Positions 18,415-28,812 are shown, numbered from the stretch's first letter. The stretch is DNA of 64,000 nt from Candidatus Eremiobacteria bacterium (GCA_963737065.1 CAVTRC010000001.1:960001-1024000); one strand, 5' to 3'. Numbers and translations: made by a program. The notes: generated from the sequence alone by a model not told the origin.

Positions 18415-19386
18415 TTACTGCGCCTTCTTCGCGTCGGCGTGCGTGTAGGTTCCGACGTTGACGTGAACGACCGGTTGCGGCTTCTTGCCCGAAAAGTAGT
18501 CGTGAATGGTATCGATCGTCAGCGCGCCGATTTTCTCGGGATACTGAATCGCGTCGCCGTACATGTCGCCGCTCGCGATCGCGGTACGCGCTTCAGGGGT
18601 CGCGTCGTATCCGATGACTTTCACTTTGCCGTTGAGCCCGGCGGCACGAATTGCCGTCAACGCACCGAGCGCCGAATCATCGTTGATGCCGAAGACGCCG
18701 CTCAAATTTTTGTTCGATTGCAGAATGTCGCTCATATCTCGATTCGCTTTGTCGCGCGCGCCGCCGGCATCGACGTCCGCAACGATCGTCACATTCGGGC
18801 AAGTGGCTTTGATCGCATCGCGGAAGCCTTTCACGCGATCCTGGACGCTCGTTACTTCGGGCTCATCGATAATCGCCACGTAACCCGTCTTGCCGACGGC
18901 CTGGCACATCAATTTGCCCGCCTGTTCACCACCGAGGACGTTATCGCTCGCGATGTGCGCGACGACATGGCCCTGCTTGCTGGCGCTGGCGATGTCAGCG
19001 GTAAAGACGGGGATGTTCGCCTTATTTGCCTCGGCAATCGCGCTGCCGATTGCGGTCGAGTCGTAGGGCGTCAACACGATTGCATCCACTTTGTTGGAGA
19101 TGAAGTCTTCGACTTGGCTTTGCTGCTTGGCGTTGTCACGGTTGGCGTCGACAACGATCAACTTGTAGCCGTACTTTTTCGCCTCCGACTGCATGCCGGT
19201 TTGCATCTGCTGGTAGAACTGCGCTTCACGGTCTTGAATCGAAACGCCGATGGTTTTCGTCCCGCTGGCCGCCGGGCCGGCAGAGGCGCTGCTTGATGAA
19301 CTCGACGTGTTCGAATTGCCGGAACACGCGGCAAGTGCGGCAGCAAACAGCATGACGGTGAGCGGTCGAATCGGCTTCAAATCCAT
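18415..19386 (-). CDS. Sugar ABC transporter substrate-binding lipoprotein (RbsB-like)
   Basis: AGGAG SD; LAAC lipobox, Ser-rich linker, Peripla_BP motifs (ASDN, GINDDSALGA, IGYD). Confidence 0.93.
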   Translation of the reverse strand: MDLKPIRPLTVMLFAAALAACSGNSNTSSSSSSASAGPAASGTKTIGVSIQDREAQFYQQMQTGMQSEAKKYGYKLIVVDANRDNAKQQSQVEDFISNKVDAIVLTPYDSTAIGSAIAEANKANIPVFTADIASASKQGHVVAHIASDNVLGGEQAGKLMCQAVGKTGYVAIIDEPEVTSVQDRVKGFRDAIKATCPNVTIVADVDAGGARDKANRDMSDILQSNKNLSGVFGINDDSALGALTAIRAAGLNGKVKVIGYDATPEARTAIASGDMYGDAIQYPEKIGALTIDTIHDYFSGKKPQPVVHVNVGTYTHADAKKAQ

Positions 19387-19394
19387 ACTCCTAC

Positions 19395-19408
19395 GGCAAA
19401 CGTTCTGC
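19395..19408. promoter_or_regulatory. Possible LacI-family operator (GCAAACGTTCTGC)
   Basis: AAACGTT core resembling RbsR/PurR sites, just upstream of the SD of the sugar ABC operon. Confidence 0.35.
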
Positions 19409-19433
19409 AGATAATTGTCCACAATTAGCGACG

Positions 19434-21218
19434 TTACTCTTGTGCAATCTGTGGAGAAGGCGCTCTTTTTACCAAAATGACCAGACCGGCCACCGCGATG
19501 ACCGTCACGGTCGTCCACGCTGTAGCCATTCCAACCGACCCGTAGACGAACCCGCCCGCGGCAAAAAGCGCGCCGTAGACCGCCGCGAGTCCGAGCACCC
19601 ATGCCGCGAGCGCGCTCGCCGGAGAATCGGGCGAGGGCGGAAGCGAATCGGCGGTGCGGATTCTGGACCAGCCCGGACCGGCGGGCCGGACTTTCGCATA
19701 GAAGCGCGCCAGCGTCGCATCGTCGACGGCTGGAGTCAGGAAGGTGACCACCAGCCACACGAGCGTCGTAACGCCGACGGTCGCGAGCAGCACCGTCGTC
19801 GGGTCGACGCCGTGGCCCGCTTTACCGGCCGCGAAAAACCCCAGCGAGACGACGAACGAGGCGACCATCGCGCTGACCTCGCTCCAGGCATTGATACGCC
19901 ACCAAAACCAGCGCAGCAGGTAGATCAGCCCCGTCCCCGCGCCGATGGAGAGCAGCAGATCGAAGCCCTCTTTTGCGGTGTCGAGCACAAACGTGACGCC
20001 GACCCCGGCCACCATCAACCCAACCGTGACGAGGCGCCCGACGAAAACGTAGTCCTTCTCGGCGGCGTTGGGACGAATGAACCGGCGGTACAAGTCGTGC
20101 ACGAGATATGACGTGCCCCAATTCAAGTGCGTTTCGATCGTGCTGCGGTACGCCGCAAAAATGCCGGCGACCATGAAACCCGCGAACCCCGCCGGAAGGT
20201 AAACGAGCATCGCGGGATACGCGATGTCGTTGCCGATCAAGTTCTGCGGAACGTACGGGAAACGCGCGTGAATGTCGCCGAGGGTCGGATACACGAGCGT
20301 CGATACGAACGCGACGACGATCCAGGGCCATGGACGCAACGCATAGTGCATAACCGCGAACGACAGCGTTCCAAAGACCGCGTCGTTTTCCGTCTTCGCC
20401 GCGAGCATGCGTTGAGCAACGTAACTTCCGCCACCGGGCTCCGCGCCGGGATACCACACCGACCACCACTGCACCGTCAATGGAATGATGAAAATTGCGA
20501 GCGTGGTTTTCCAATCGGAAAAGTTCGGCAAAATCGAAAGCAGCGTTGGATGAAGCTGCGATACGCGCGCGACCGCGCCGTGCAACCCACCCACTCCGGG
20601 CGCGTGCAATGCGAAATACGCTGCGGCAAACGCGCCGGTGATCGTAATGCAGAACTGGATCATGTCGGTCACCATAACGCCCCACAATCCGGCTGCGGCA
20701 GCAAAGATGATCGGCACGAACGCGCACAGCAGCAGCGTTTCCCAACGCGGCCAACCGAAGAGGACGGACGCGATCTTCACGGCGGCGAGATTCACCGTTG
20801 CGATGATCACGCAGTTGAAGAACAAGCCTAAATAGACGGCCCGAAATCCTCGAACGAATTTCGCCGCTGCGCCCGAGTATCGCAGTTCGTAGAACTCGAG
20901 ATCGGTGAGAACGCCGCTACGGCGCCACAAACGCGCATAAAAAAAGACGGTCGCCATGCCGGTTAAGAGGAACGACCACCACACCCAATTCTCCGCGACG
21001 CCGCCTTCGCGCACCAGATTGGTGACGAGGTTCGGCGTGTCGGTCGAAAACGTCGTCGCAACGAGTGAGACGCCGATCAGCCACCACGGCGCTTGACGTC
21101 CGGCCGCGAAAAACTCGGCGGTGTTCTTACCGGCACGGCGCGCGAGCACGATCGCGGGGATGAACGTTACGCCGAGTGACACGACGACGATCACCCAATC
21201 GAGCGTGGTCAAATGCAT
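19434..21218 (-). CDS. Sodium:solute symporter (SSS) family protein
   Basis: EFFAAGRQAPWW, ATTFSTD, VMVTDMIQF, QRMLAAK, many TMs. Confidence 0.92.
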   Translation of the reverse strand: MHLTTLDWVIVVVSLGVTFIPAIVLARRAGKNTAEFFAAGRQAPWWLIGVSLVATTFSTDTPNLVTNLVREGGVAENWVWWSFLLTGMATVFFYARLWRRSGVLTDLEFYELRYSGAAAKFVRGFRAVYLGLFFNCVIIATVNLAAVKIASVLFGWPRWETLLLCAFVPIIFAAAAGLWGVMVTDMIQFCITITGAFAAAYFALHAPGVGGLHGAVARVSQLHPTLLSILPNFSDWKTTLAIFIIPLTVQWWSVWYPGAEPGGGSYVAQRMLAAKTENDAVFGTLSFAVMHYALRPWPWIVVAFVSTLVYPTLGDIHARFPYVPQNLIGNDIAYPAMLVYLPAGFAGFMVAGIFAAYRSTIETHLNWGTSYLVHDLYRRFIRPNAAEKDYVFVGRLVTVGLMVAGVGVTFVLDTAKEGFDLLLSIGAGTGLIYLLRWFWWRINAWSEVSAMVASFVVSLGFFAAGKAGHGVDPTTVLLATVGVTTLVWLVVTFLTPAVDDATLARFYAKVRPAGPGWSRIRTADSLPPSPDSPASALAAWVLGLAAVYGALFAAGGFVYGSVGMATAWTTVTVIAVAGLVILVKRAPSPQIAQE

Positions 21219-21251
21219 TCGCCGCCGATTCGCCTTCGGCGGTGCGGGCGC

Positions 21252-21893
21252 CTACGGTGGAAGTTGAAACGTTACCGTGCGATCGGCTTCGCGATGATTG
21301 GTAAAGAATCGCTCGCCGTCCCATGCAAGTCCGCGCGCGTGGAACGGCACGAGCGCGACGTCCGTGGAAACGCCGGCCACGAGATCGAGTTGCGTGATCC
21401 AGTACTCGCCCGCGTCTTCATCATCCGTTGTCAACAGGAACGCTTTATCACCGTCGATGGCAACGCCCGCGATACCGTGCGCTGATTCGTACCGGCGCAG
21501 GATTGCACCGTTCTCGTCGAGTTCGAGAAGCACTTGGTTATACCACTGGCCGAGCACAACGCGTCCGTTATGAACGCCGAGATGCGATCCGGTGTCATCG
21601 GGACAGGGAATGAATGACGGCTGCCAATTGCCGTGTACGAAGCGGCGAATACGGCGCACGTCTTCGGATTCTTCGCCGCACGTCGCGATCAGCTGACCGT
21701 CCGCATACGCCATTCCCCACGGCATCCCGGGAGGAGAGAGCTCACTACGCTTCTGCCACGACGCGCGATCGATGACGTCGATGCCGCGCGTCGCGCGCGA
21801 ACTGACATAAAGGAGATCGCCGTTGACGGCGACGGCGTGCGGTTGCGGCGAAAACGCGATGCGGCGATCGAGTTCGACGATAGGCTCCAGCAT
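21252..21893 (-). CDS. Beta-propeller hypothetical protein (glutamine cyclotransferase/YncE-like)
   Basis: AAAGG SD; repeated blades (GMAYADG, GVAIDGD, GLAWDGE). Confidence 0.7.
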   Translation of the reverse strand: MLEPIVELDRRIAFSPQPHAVAVNGDLLYVSSRATRGIDVIDRASWQKRSELSPPGMPWGMAYADGQLIATCGEESEDVRRIRRFVHGNWQPSFIPCPDDTGSHLGVHNGRVVLGQWYNQVLLELDENGAILRRYESAHGIAGVAIDGDKAFLLTTDDEDAGEYWITQLDLVAGVSTDVALVPFHARGLAWDGERFFTNHREADRTVTFQLPP

Positions 21894-21991
21894 GGTTACG
21901 CCTTTCTGAGTGAACGATGTAGAACCCGTGCGGTCTGCTCCGACTCCGCTATGTAAACCACCGAGAACCACGAACGTAAGAGGAGCAAACG

Positions 21992-22381
21992 ATGAAGTAC
22001 ATTTTGATGATGAATACGATGCGCGCGGGCTCTGCGGGTCTCGACTGGCCGGAAGGCGATCTCAAGGCGCATATCGCGTATATGATGTCTCTGAACCGGT
22101 CGCTGACCGAGACGGGCGAACTGGTTGGTGCCGAAGGGCTCGCATTCCCGAATGAAGCGAAAGTCGTGCGCGCCGGAAAGAATGGTGAGCCGATAACGGA
22201 CGGCGTCTTTCCCGAATCAAAGGAATTTTTAGCCGGTTTCTGGGTCGTCGAGGTCGACTCGCCCGAACGAGCCTATGCCATCGCCGCGCGAGCGTCGGCG
22301 GCACCCGGTCCCGGCGCCGAGCCAATGAACTTGCCGATCGAGGTGCGGCAAGTGATGAGCGGACCGCCCGAGGACGTATAA
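21992..22381 (+). CDS. YciI/DGPF family protein
   Basis: AAGGAG SD; MKYILM...TDGVFPESKEFLAGFW...IEVRQV. Confidence 0.92.
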   Translation: MKYILMMNTMRAGSAGLDWPEGDLKAHIAYMMSLNRSLTETGELVGAEGLAFPNEAKVVRAGKNGEPITDGVFPESKEFLAGFWVVEVDSPERAYAIAARASAAPGPGAEPMNLPIEVRQVMSGPPEDV

Positions 22382-22430
22382 GTCGGGCAATCCTTGCGCG
22401 CGAAACGCAACGTCGTGATTGACGCGCGAT

Positions 22431-23969
22431 ATGCTCGCGCTTTCGTTTTCTGCCGGGATGCTGGGCATCGAAGGATACGTCGTCCGCGTCGAGGCGGACA
22501 GCTCCGCTGGCTCACCCGTATTCACGATCATCGGACTTCCCGACCGCGCGCTCGGCGAGGCGCGCGAACGGGTGCGGGCCGCGATTTTTAATTCTGGATT
22601 TGCCTATCCGGCGGGACGGCTGCTGGTGAATCTCTCGCCGGCCGACGTGCGTAAGGAAGGTCCGGCGTTCGACCTCGCCATTGCGCTCGCATTGCTCGCC
22701 ATCGACGAGCAAATCGATCGTCTTGCACTGCAAAATTTCATCGCACTCGGCGAACTCGCGCTCGATGGAACGCTGCGCCCGGTCAACGGGATCTTGCCAA
22801 TGGTGATCGGCGCGCGCAATGCCGGGTTCACGAAGCTGATTCTGCCGCAGCGCAACGGCGATGAAGCAGCGCTCGTCGACGGCATCGAACTCTATGCCGT
22901 CGATTCGCTTACATCCGCGGTCGCAGTGCTGCTCGGCAACGGCGCGAAGTGGCGCCGCACTTCCAAAGCGCCCGCATTTCACGCGGAAGACGAATTCGTC
23001 CATGGCGATCTCGCGGACGTCCGCGGACAACTGATTGCTAAGCGAGCGCTCGAGATTGCGGCGGCAGGCGGACACAATTTGCTTTTCGTCGGTCCACCGG
23101 GCTGCGGAAAAACGATGCTAGCACGGCGGCTGCCGTCCATTCTTCCGCCGATGACGCCCGATGAGGCGCTCGACGTTACCAAGATCTACAGCGTCGCTGG
23201 GTTGTTGGGAAACCGATCCGGCATCGTGAACGCACGACCGTTTCGTTTTCCACATCACACCATCAGCCAAACCGCGCTCGTCGGTGGTGGTGCGGCGGTG
23301 AAGCCGGGTGAAATATCGCTCGCGCACCTCGGCGTGCTTTTCCTCGACGAACTGCCCGAATTCGGACGCGGTGCAATCGAAGTGATGCGTCAGCCGCTCG
23401 AAGAGGGGACCGTTACAATTGCACGCTCCGCCGGAACGTTTACGTATCCGGCGCGTTTTCAGCTGGTCGCGTCGATGAATCCCTGCCCATGCGGGTATCG
23501 CGGCGTGCGGAACGCCGAATGCCGCTGCGACGACGCGGCGGTTGCGAAATATGTAGGAAAATTATCAGGTCCGTTGCTCGATCGCATCGATCTTCAAGTG
23601 CAGATTGCGCGCGTACCATTTGACGACATGGTTCGGCGCGATCAGGCGGAACGATCGTCAGCGATCCGGCAGCGCGTCGTAGCGGCGCGCGCATTGGCAC
23701 GCGAGCGATTCGCCGGATCACCGATCAATGCGAACGCCGAGATTCCGCCCAGCGCGATGCGCACGTATTGCGCGCTCGACGATTCCGCGATGAAACTGCT
23801 CGCCGTCGCGAGTGCGAAGCGGCAATTCTCGGCGCGCGCGCTGGACCGCATCGCTCGCGTCGCCAGAACGATCGCCGATCTCGCGAACGCTGAAACCATC
23901 CGAGCCGAACACGTCGCGGAAGCGATTCAATATCGCAGCCTCGAACGATTGGACGGGCGAGCAGCGTGA
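22431..23969 (+). CDS. comM: YifB/ComM Mg-chelatase-like AAA+ ATPase
   Basis: IGLPD...EARERV, NLSPAD, GPPGCGKTML, PGEISLAH.GVLFLDE, LSGPLLDRID. Confidence 0.96.
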   Translation: MLALSFSAGMLGIEGYVVRVEADSSAGSPVFTIIGLPDRALGEARERVRAAIFNSGFAYPAGRLLVNLSPADVRKEGPAFDLAIALALLAIDEQIDRLALQNFIALGELALDGTLRPVNGILPMVIGARNAGFTKLILPQRNGDEAALVDGIELYAVDSLTSAVAVLLGNGAKWRRTSKAPAFHAEDEFVHGDLADVRGQLIAKRALEIAAAGGHNLLFVGPPGCGKTMLARRLPSILPPMTPDEALDVTKIYSVAGLLGNRSGIVNARPFRFPHHTISQTALVGGGAAVKPGEISLAHLGVLFLDELPEFGRGAIEVMRQPLEEGTVTIARSAGTFTYPARFQLVASMNPCPCGYRGVRNAECRCDDAAVAKYVGKLSGPLLDRIDLQVQIARVPFDDMVRRDQAERSSAIRQRVVAARALARERFAGSPINANAEIPPSAMRTYCALDDSAMKLLAVASAKRQFSARALDRIARVARTIADLANAETIRAEHVAEAIQYRSLERLDGRAA

Positions 23970-24113
23970 CGCGCGATGATCGTGATTTAGCAATAAACTT
24001 CTCGCCGTCGTTAACGCACATACGATCCGCGCAGAACACGTCGCGGACGCGATTCAATATCGCAGTCTCGACCGGCTCGATGGACGGGCGGCGTAACTGA
24101 CGATGATTCGTAA
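23886..24113 (+). repeat. Diverged direct duplication (127-bp offset) of the comM 3' end
   Basis: 23886-23969 encodes NAETIRAEHVAEAIQYRSLERLDGRAA*; 24013-24096 encodes NAHTIRAEHVADAIQYRSLDRLDGRAA*. Confidence 0.9.
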
Positions 24114-24238
24114 GTGCGTCAAATCCGACGAGCGGCCGGCGCCCCTCGATGCTGATGCGCGTCCATCACCCGGCGAATTGAGCATACGCCGCGACGGGAG
24201 CTTGACCATGATTGTTCGGATCGGAAACGGCACGTTCA

Positions 24239-25982
24239 TCACAGATCGACGCGACTCCGGTACGCATTGAGGACGTCGCGACGCGTGATGATACCGAGCA
24301 GTCCGCCGGTCGCGCGGTCGACTATGGGCAGCAGCGGCGTTTGCGGATCGGCCAGCGCAACGGCAGCTTCTTCAAGTGTGTCGTCGCTGGAGCAACACCG
24401 GAGCCGCCTGCACCAACTCCCCCACACGCAAGCCGGGATGTGCTGCAAGTGTGCCGGCAATGTCTGACGCAGTAACCATACCAATAAACTTACCGTCGGC
24501 GACGACCGGAACGACGAACTCCGGACTATGCTCCAGCTTCGCTGCTACTTCGTTGATCGGCTGCGACGCATCAGCGACGATATCTGGGACACGTTCCACG
24601 GCTGCAATCGTCACGCGCGAAAACGGGCGCGGTCTGCGCGCGCGCGCCCAGTCGATTCCTCGGCGCACGAGCTTCATCTCGTAAATGGTGTAACCCAGCA
24701 ACCTTCGTCCGAGAAGCGTCGAGATGACGGTGCAAACCATGAGCGGCAGAATGATCGTATAGTCGTTCGACATTTCGAACACGATCGTGATCGCCGTGAT
24801 GGGTGCTTCAGCGGCGGCGGCAAAGACGGCCGCCATGCCGACCAATCCGTACGCTGCCGACGATGCGGTCCAAGCCGGAAACAGGCGATGCACGATGCTT
24901 CCGAACGTGTTTCCGAGCATCGCTCCGGTGTACAGCGACGGAGCGAAGACGCCGCCGCTGCCGCCCGCGCCCAGCGTAAGCGACGTTGCAACGGGTTTGA
25001 GCACGGCGAGCGCGAGCGAATGTCGCGCCTGAACGTGCGCCGCAAGCATCGCGTCGACATAGTTGTAACCGACGCCGAAGATCTGGGGAAACCAGATGCC
25101 GATGACGCCGACGCAGCCGAAACCCACGGCCGCTTTCATCATCGGGTTGACACGCCACCCCTCGAAGCGGTCTTCGCAGAAATAGAGCAGCCGCACAAAG
25201 CCCGAAGCCCACAATGCGGCGATGATGCCGAGCACTGCATACAGTCCGAGCTCGGCTGGCGAGACGAGACGAAACGCCGACGCGGTGAACGACGGATGGT
25301 CGCCGAAGTGCGCCCGGCCGATCACGGCTGCAACGACGCTCGAGACAACGATTGTCGCAAACGATCGCGGTGCGAAATCGCCCAAGATCACTTCGCTCGC
25401 AAAGAATACGCCGCCGATCGGCGCATTGAACGTCGCGGAGATGCCCGCTGCCGCGCCGCAAGCGACCAGCGTGCGAATGATCGGAGCCGGCGCGCGCACG
25501 AGCTGCCCCAGCACCGAACCGATTGCCGAACCGATCTGGACGATCGGCCCTTCACGGCCGCAGCTACCGCCGAAACCGATGCAGGTTGCCGACGCGATGC
25601 TTTTAATCCCCATGACGCGAGGACGCATAATGCCGCCCTGCATGGCGACCGCTGCCATCACTTCAGGCACGCCGTGGCCTTTCGCTTCGCGTGCAAAGCG
25701 GTTCACGACGAACGCGGTGATGACGCCGCCCGCGATAAGCACCGGAACGACTTGGGCGTGTCCGAGAAAGCGCAGTGCCGGAGCAAGATGCCCGAACGCG
25801 AGCGTCTGCTCGCCCAAAATGAGATAACGAAAGCCCACCGCACCATAACCACCGCCGATGCCGACGACAATCGCCGCAAGCAGCAAGAACGTGCTTTGTC
25901 CAATCGCAAAGCGGCCGACGTCGAGACGGTAGCCGCGATCGGTTTCGACGTAGCGGACTCGTGGAAGCCTAGCGCGCGCCAT
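24239..25982 (-). CDS. ClC chloride channel/transporter with a CBS pair; frameshift near 24392 splits off the second CBS domain
   Basis: GHGVPE, GREGP, GGVFAP motifs; main frame stops at 24372 while another frame carries DDTLEEAA...LLGIITRRDVL to 24239. Confidence 0.88.
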
Positions 25983-26184
25983 GCGCGTGTCTTCGGCGCA
26001 TAAAGGAAAAAGCGCTAGTCGGCTCGATGAATCCATGCCTGTGCCGGTGTCGCGGCGCGCGGAACGGCGAATGCCGCTGCAATCGCGAAGTGCGATATCG
26101 CGTGGCGTAACTCGCCGGGTGACCGGTGTCGAAATGCGCGTTGGAAGCTTGCATCCGAGCAATCGTACGCACTACGCTACTACC

Positions 26185-27393
26185 ATGAGTATCATGCGAC
26201 GCTTCGCGGCGGCGATTGTTTTCGCGCCGGTGGTTTTTACGCTGTACCCGGCATCGGCGGCTACGACGAACGGTGACGCAGCAACAACAATAACGAACAT
26301 CGTACGCAAGGCGATGACGCAGCAAAATTTGAAGGCTGTCGTCGTACAAGTGCGTTCGAATGGACGAACGATTTATAGCGGCGCGTTCGGCGAATCGATG
26401 ACCGGCGTGCCGGCAACGCCGGACATGCATTTTCGCAACGGCGCGCTTGCATTCACGTACATGTCGACGCTTTTGTTGGAATTCGTCGATCAGAAAAAAG
26501 TAACGATGCAGACGAAGCTCTCGAAGTACTTTCCGAACCTTCCGAACGCCAATCGCATCACGCTGCGAGACCTCTCGCAGATGACGTCGGGATATGCGGA
26601 CTACGTATACCAACCAGAGGTGGAAAACGGGACGTACACCGATCCGTTCCGCCAATGGACACCCGAGGAATTGATTCACATCGGCGTATCGAAGCCGATG
26701 CAATTTGCGCCGGGCACCAACTGGGGCTACTCGCACACCAATTACGTCATCCTCGGACGCGTGCTGGAGAAGATCGCGCGCATGCCCCTGCAAGAGGCGC
26801 TGCGTCGATATGTCTTACAACCGATGGGTTTGGAAAACACGGCCGCGTCTACGACGCCCGCGATTCCGCAGCCCGCGCTGCACTCTTTTAGCTCCGAGCG
26901 GCGCGCGATGCTCAAGATCGCATCCGACATCCCGTTCTACGAAGAATCGACGTTTTGGAATCCGTCGTGGACGACGATCGAAGGCGCGGTCGAAACAACC
27001 GACATCTCAGACCTCAATACGTCGCTCGAAGCGGTCGCGGCCGGAAAACTGCTCTCTAAAGCATCGTCAGCGGCACAAATCAAGCCGAGTCTCGTCGGAT
27101 TCGGCCATGCGCAAGCGGGCTGCTCGGCGTGTCACAAAAATAGCTTCGCCTTTAACTACGGTCTGGGCGTGATCATTACGGGACCGTGGATCACGCAGAC
27201 GCTCGGATTTGCCGGCGCATCCGGAGCGGTTGGAATTTTACCGGGGCGGCAGCTCACGATCGCCGTGGAAGCGACGAACGGTCCGGGCGCGTACGACGCC
27301 AAAGGTAACGCGGGGCTCGGAGCCGTCACCGTTTTTCGCGAGCTTGCGAACGCGCTCGCACCGAAGACGATGCCTTCGCCTCCTCGTGAGTGA
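26185..27393 (+). CDS. Secreted beta-lactamase-family (serine hydrolase fold) protein lacking the SxxK motif
   Basis: Signal peptide; ITLRDLSQMTSG, FAPGTNWGYSHTNY; FRNGALAF at the usual FRIGSxxK site. Confidence 0.85.
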   Translation: MSIMRRFAAAIVFAPVVFTLYPASAATTNGDAATTITNIVRKAMTQQNLKAVVVQVRSNGRTIYSGAFGESMTGVPATPDMHFRNGALAFTYMSTLLLEFVDQKKVTMQTKLSKYFPNLPNANRITLRDLSQMTSGYADYVYQPEVENGTYTDPFRQWTPEELIHIGVSKPMQFAPGTNWGYSHTNYVILGRVLEKIARMPLQEALRRYVLQPMGLENTAASTTPAIPQPALHSFSSERRAMLKIASDIPFYEESTFWNPSWTTIEGAVETTDISDLNTSLEAVAAGKLLSKASSAAQIKPSLVGFGHAQAGCSACHKNSFAFNYGLGVIITGPWITQTLGFAGASGAVGILPGRQLTIAVEATNGPGAYDAKGNAGLGAVTVFRELANALAPKTMPSPPRE

Positions 27394-27997
27394 TCGTGTA
27401 GTCGGTGAACGCGGCGTGCGCGCTCAACGTTTGGCCCGGCATGCGGACGTTCACGTCAAAACTGATCGGGAGATGGTAGCCTTGCACCTGCGCCGGCGTC
27501 AGGTTCATTTGAATTTCGCCTGATCGGTAGTGCAAGTCGACGTTTCGCGTCGCATCGTCCGCGTCGAGCGTAACGTCTGCGGCAACGAGCGGATTCGGGT
27601 CCGCCGGATTGACTTTGCGCGAGCGCACCAGGAACGTCGTCATGCCGTTCTTTTGGCCCTCCACGCTAACGACGAATCGCTGCGGCCACATCGTGGGGTC
27701 CAAAGCGGAAAGGTCGATCGATTGCAGATTTCGCGCAAAAAACGGCGTGTTGGTAAATTCGATGACATACCGCTGCGCTCGCACGTAGTCGCCGTTACCA
27801 TCGAGATGAAAGCGGAGCCATGGAAACGTCTGCATTCGCATCGCGACGCTGACTCGAAATGTATACGCTTTGAGCGACGGGTTGCGATTGCGCACGGCGA
27901 CGAGCACAGGGTCGACCGAAGCCGGGGACGATGCCACACCGGCAAACGTGAAGAGCGCCGCGGTAAACGCGACAGTCGCCCGGCCGTGGTTCACCAC
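27326..27997 (-). CDS. Secreted beta-rich hypothetical protein
   Basis: Signal peptide; alternating beta-strand pattern ending FTDY. Confidence 0.7.
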   Translation of the reverse strand: MVNHGRATVAFTAALFTFAGVASSPASVDPVLVAVRNRNPSLKAYTFRVSVAMRMQTFPWLRFHLDGNGDYVRAQRYVIEFTNTPFFARNLQSIDLSALDPTMWPQRFVVSVEGQKNGMTTFLVRSRKVNPADPNPLVAADVTLDADDATRNVDLHYRSGEIQMNLTPAQVQGYHLPISFDVNVRMPGQTLSAHAAFTDYTITHEEAKASSSVRARSQAREKR

Positions 27998-28032
27998 CCA
28001 TATAGTCTTCCCCGGCAGGGAATAGCTTATAC

Positions 28033-28812
28033 GTGATACGGGTTGGGACGAGCGGCTGGGTGTATGGGGGCTGGCGCGAGCGGTTCTACCCGAAGGGCGT
28101 GCCGCAACGAAAATGGCTACAATATTACGCCACGCATTTCAATACCGTCGAGCTCAACGCGACGACGTATCGGCTCCCGAAGCCCGAACAGGTCAGCGTG
28201 TGGTGCGAAACGGTTCCCGCGGATTTCCGCTACACGGTGAAGCTTAGCCGGCTCATCACGCATCGGCGCGACCTACCGCCGCGCCTCGATGAATTCATCG
28301 AAAACTATTTCGCGCGGGCCGCGTGTTTCGAACGCGAGAAGCTGTCGCAGATTCTCGTGCAATTTCCCCCGTATCTCGAACGCGACGATGCGCGTCTGGC
28401 GAGCTTTCTGGATAAGCTGCCGCGCGAGTATCGCTACGTCGTCGAATTCCGCAATGCGTCATGGTTCGAGCCCGCGGTACGCGATCTGCTGGCCGAACGC
28501 GATATCGCTTTTTGCATTCATGATTATCCGAAGATCCGCGTGCCGCGGTGGGTGACGTCTACGAAGCTCGCCTATCTGCGTTTGCACGGGTATACCGGGC
28601 TCTACGTCGGGTCGTATCCGCGTGCGGTGTTGCGCCGGTGGGCCGCAGCGCTAAACGAGCTCGCAACGCAGGCCGCCGATGTGTACGCGTACTTCAACAA
28701 CGACACGGAGGCCGCTGCTCCGCACGACGCGGCGGTGCTCGACCGGATGTTACGCCGGGGTCTCGAGCGACGGCACGGCGTCGCCCTCGAGAAACACGCG
28801 CAACTCATGTGA
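28033..28812 (+). CDS. DUF72 family protein
   Basis: IRVGTSGW, FNTVELNATTY, QFPP, VEFRN, YLRLHG, YFNND. Confidence 0.93.
   Translation: MIRVGTSGWVYGGWRERFYPKGVPQRKWLQYYATHFNTVELNATTYRLPKPEQVSVWCETVPADFRYTVKLSRLITHRRDLPPRLDEFIENYFARAACFEREKLSQILVQFPPYLERDDARLASFLDKLPREYRYVVEFRNASWFEPAVRDLLAERDIAFCIHDYPKIRVPRWVTSTKLAYLRLHGYTGLYVGSYPRAVLRRWAAALNELATQAADVYAYFNNDTEAAAPHDAAVLDRMLRRGLERRHGVALEKHAQLM

Noticed and set aside
24103..24270. 55-codon ORF after the comM duplicate
   Set aside because: No SD, no recognisable motif, overlaps the ClC 3' end; may be a relic but cannot be supported
24528..26003. Long antisense ORFs (491 aa here; also 28975-29952, 35149-36006, 10932-11834 and others)
   Set aside because: Shadow or alternate frames of well-supported genes in high-GC DNA, Arg/Ala-rich with no motifs
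25983..26184. Fluoride or other riboswitch upstream of the ClC gene
   Set aside because: No crcB-motif consensus recognisable, and the protein has GREGP, not the fluoride-type signature; an Rfam scan would be needed
26185..27393. Functional beta-lactamase (resistance)
   Set aside because: Catalytic SxxK is missing
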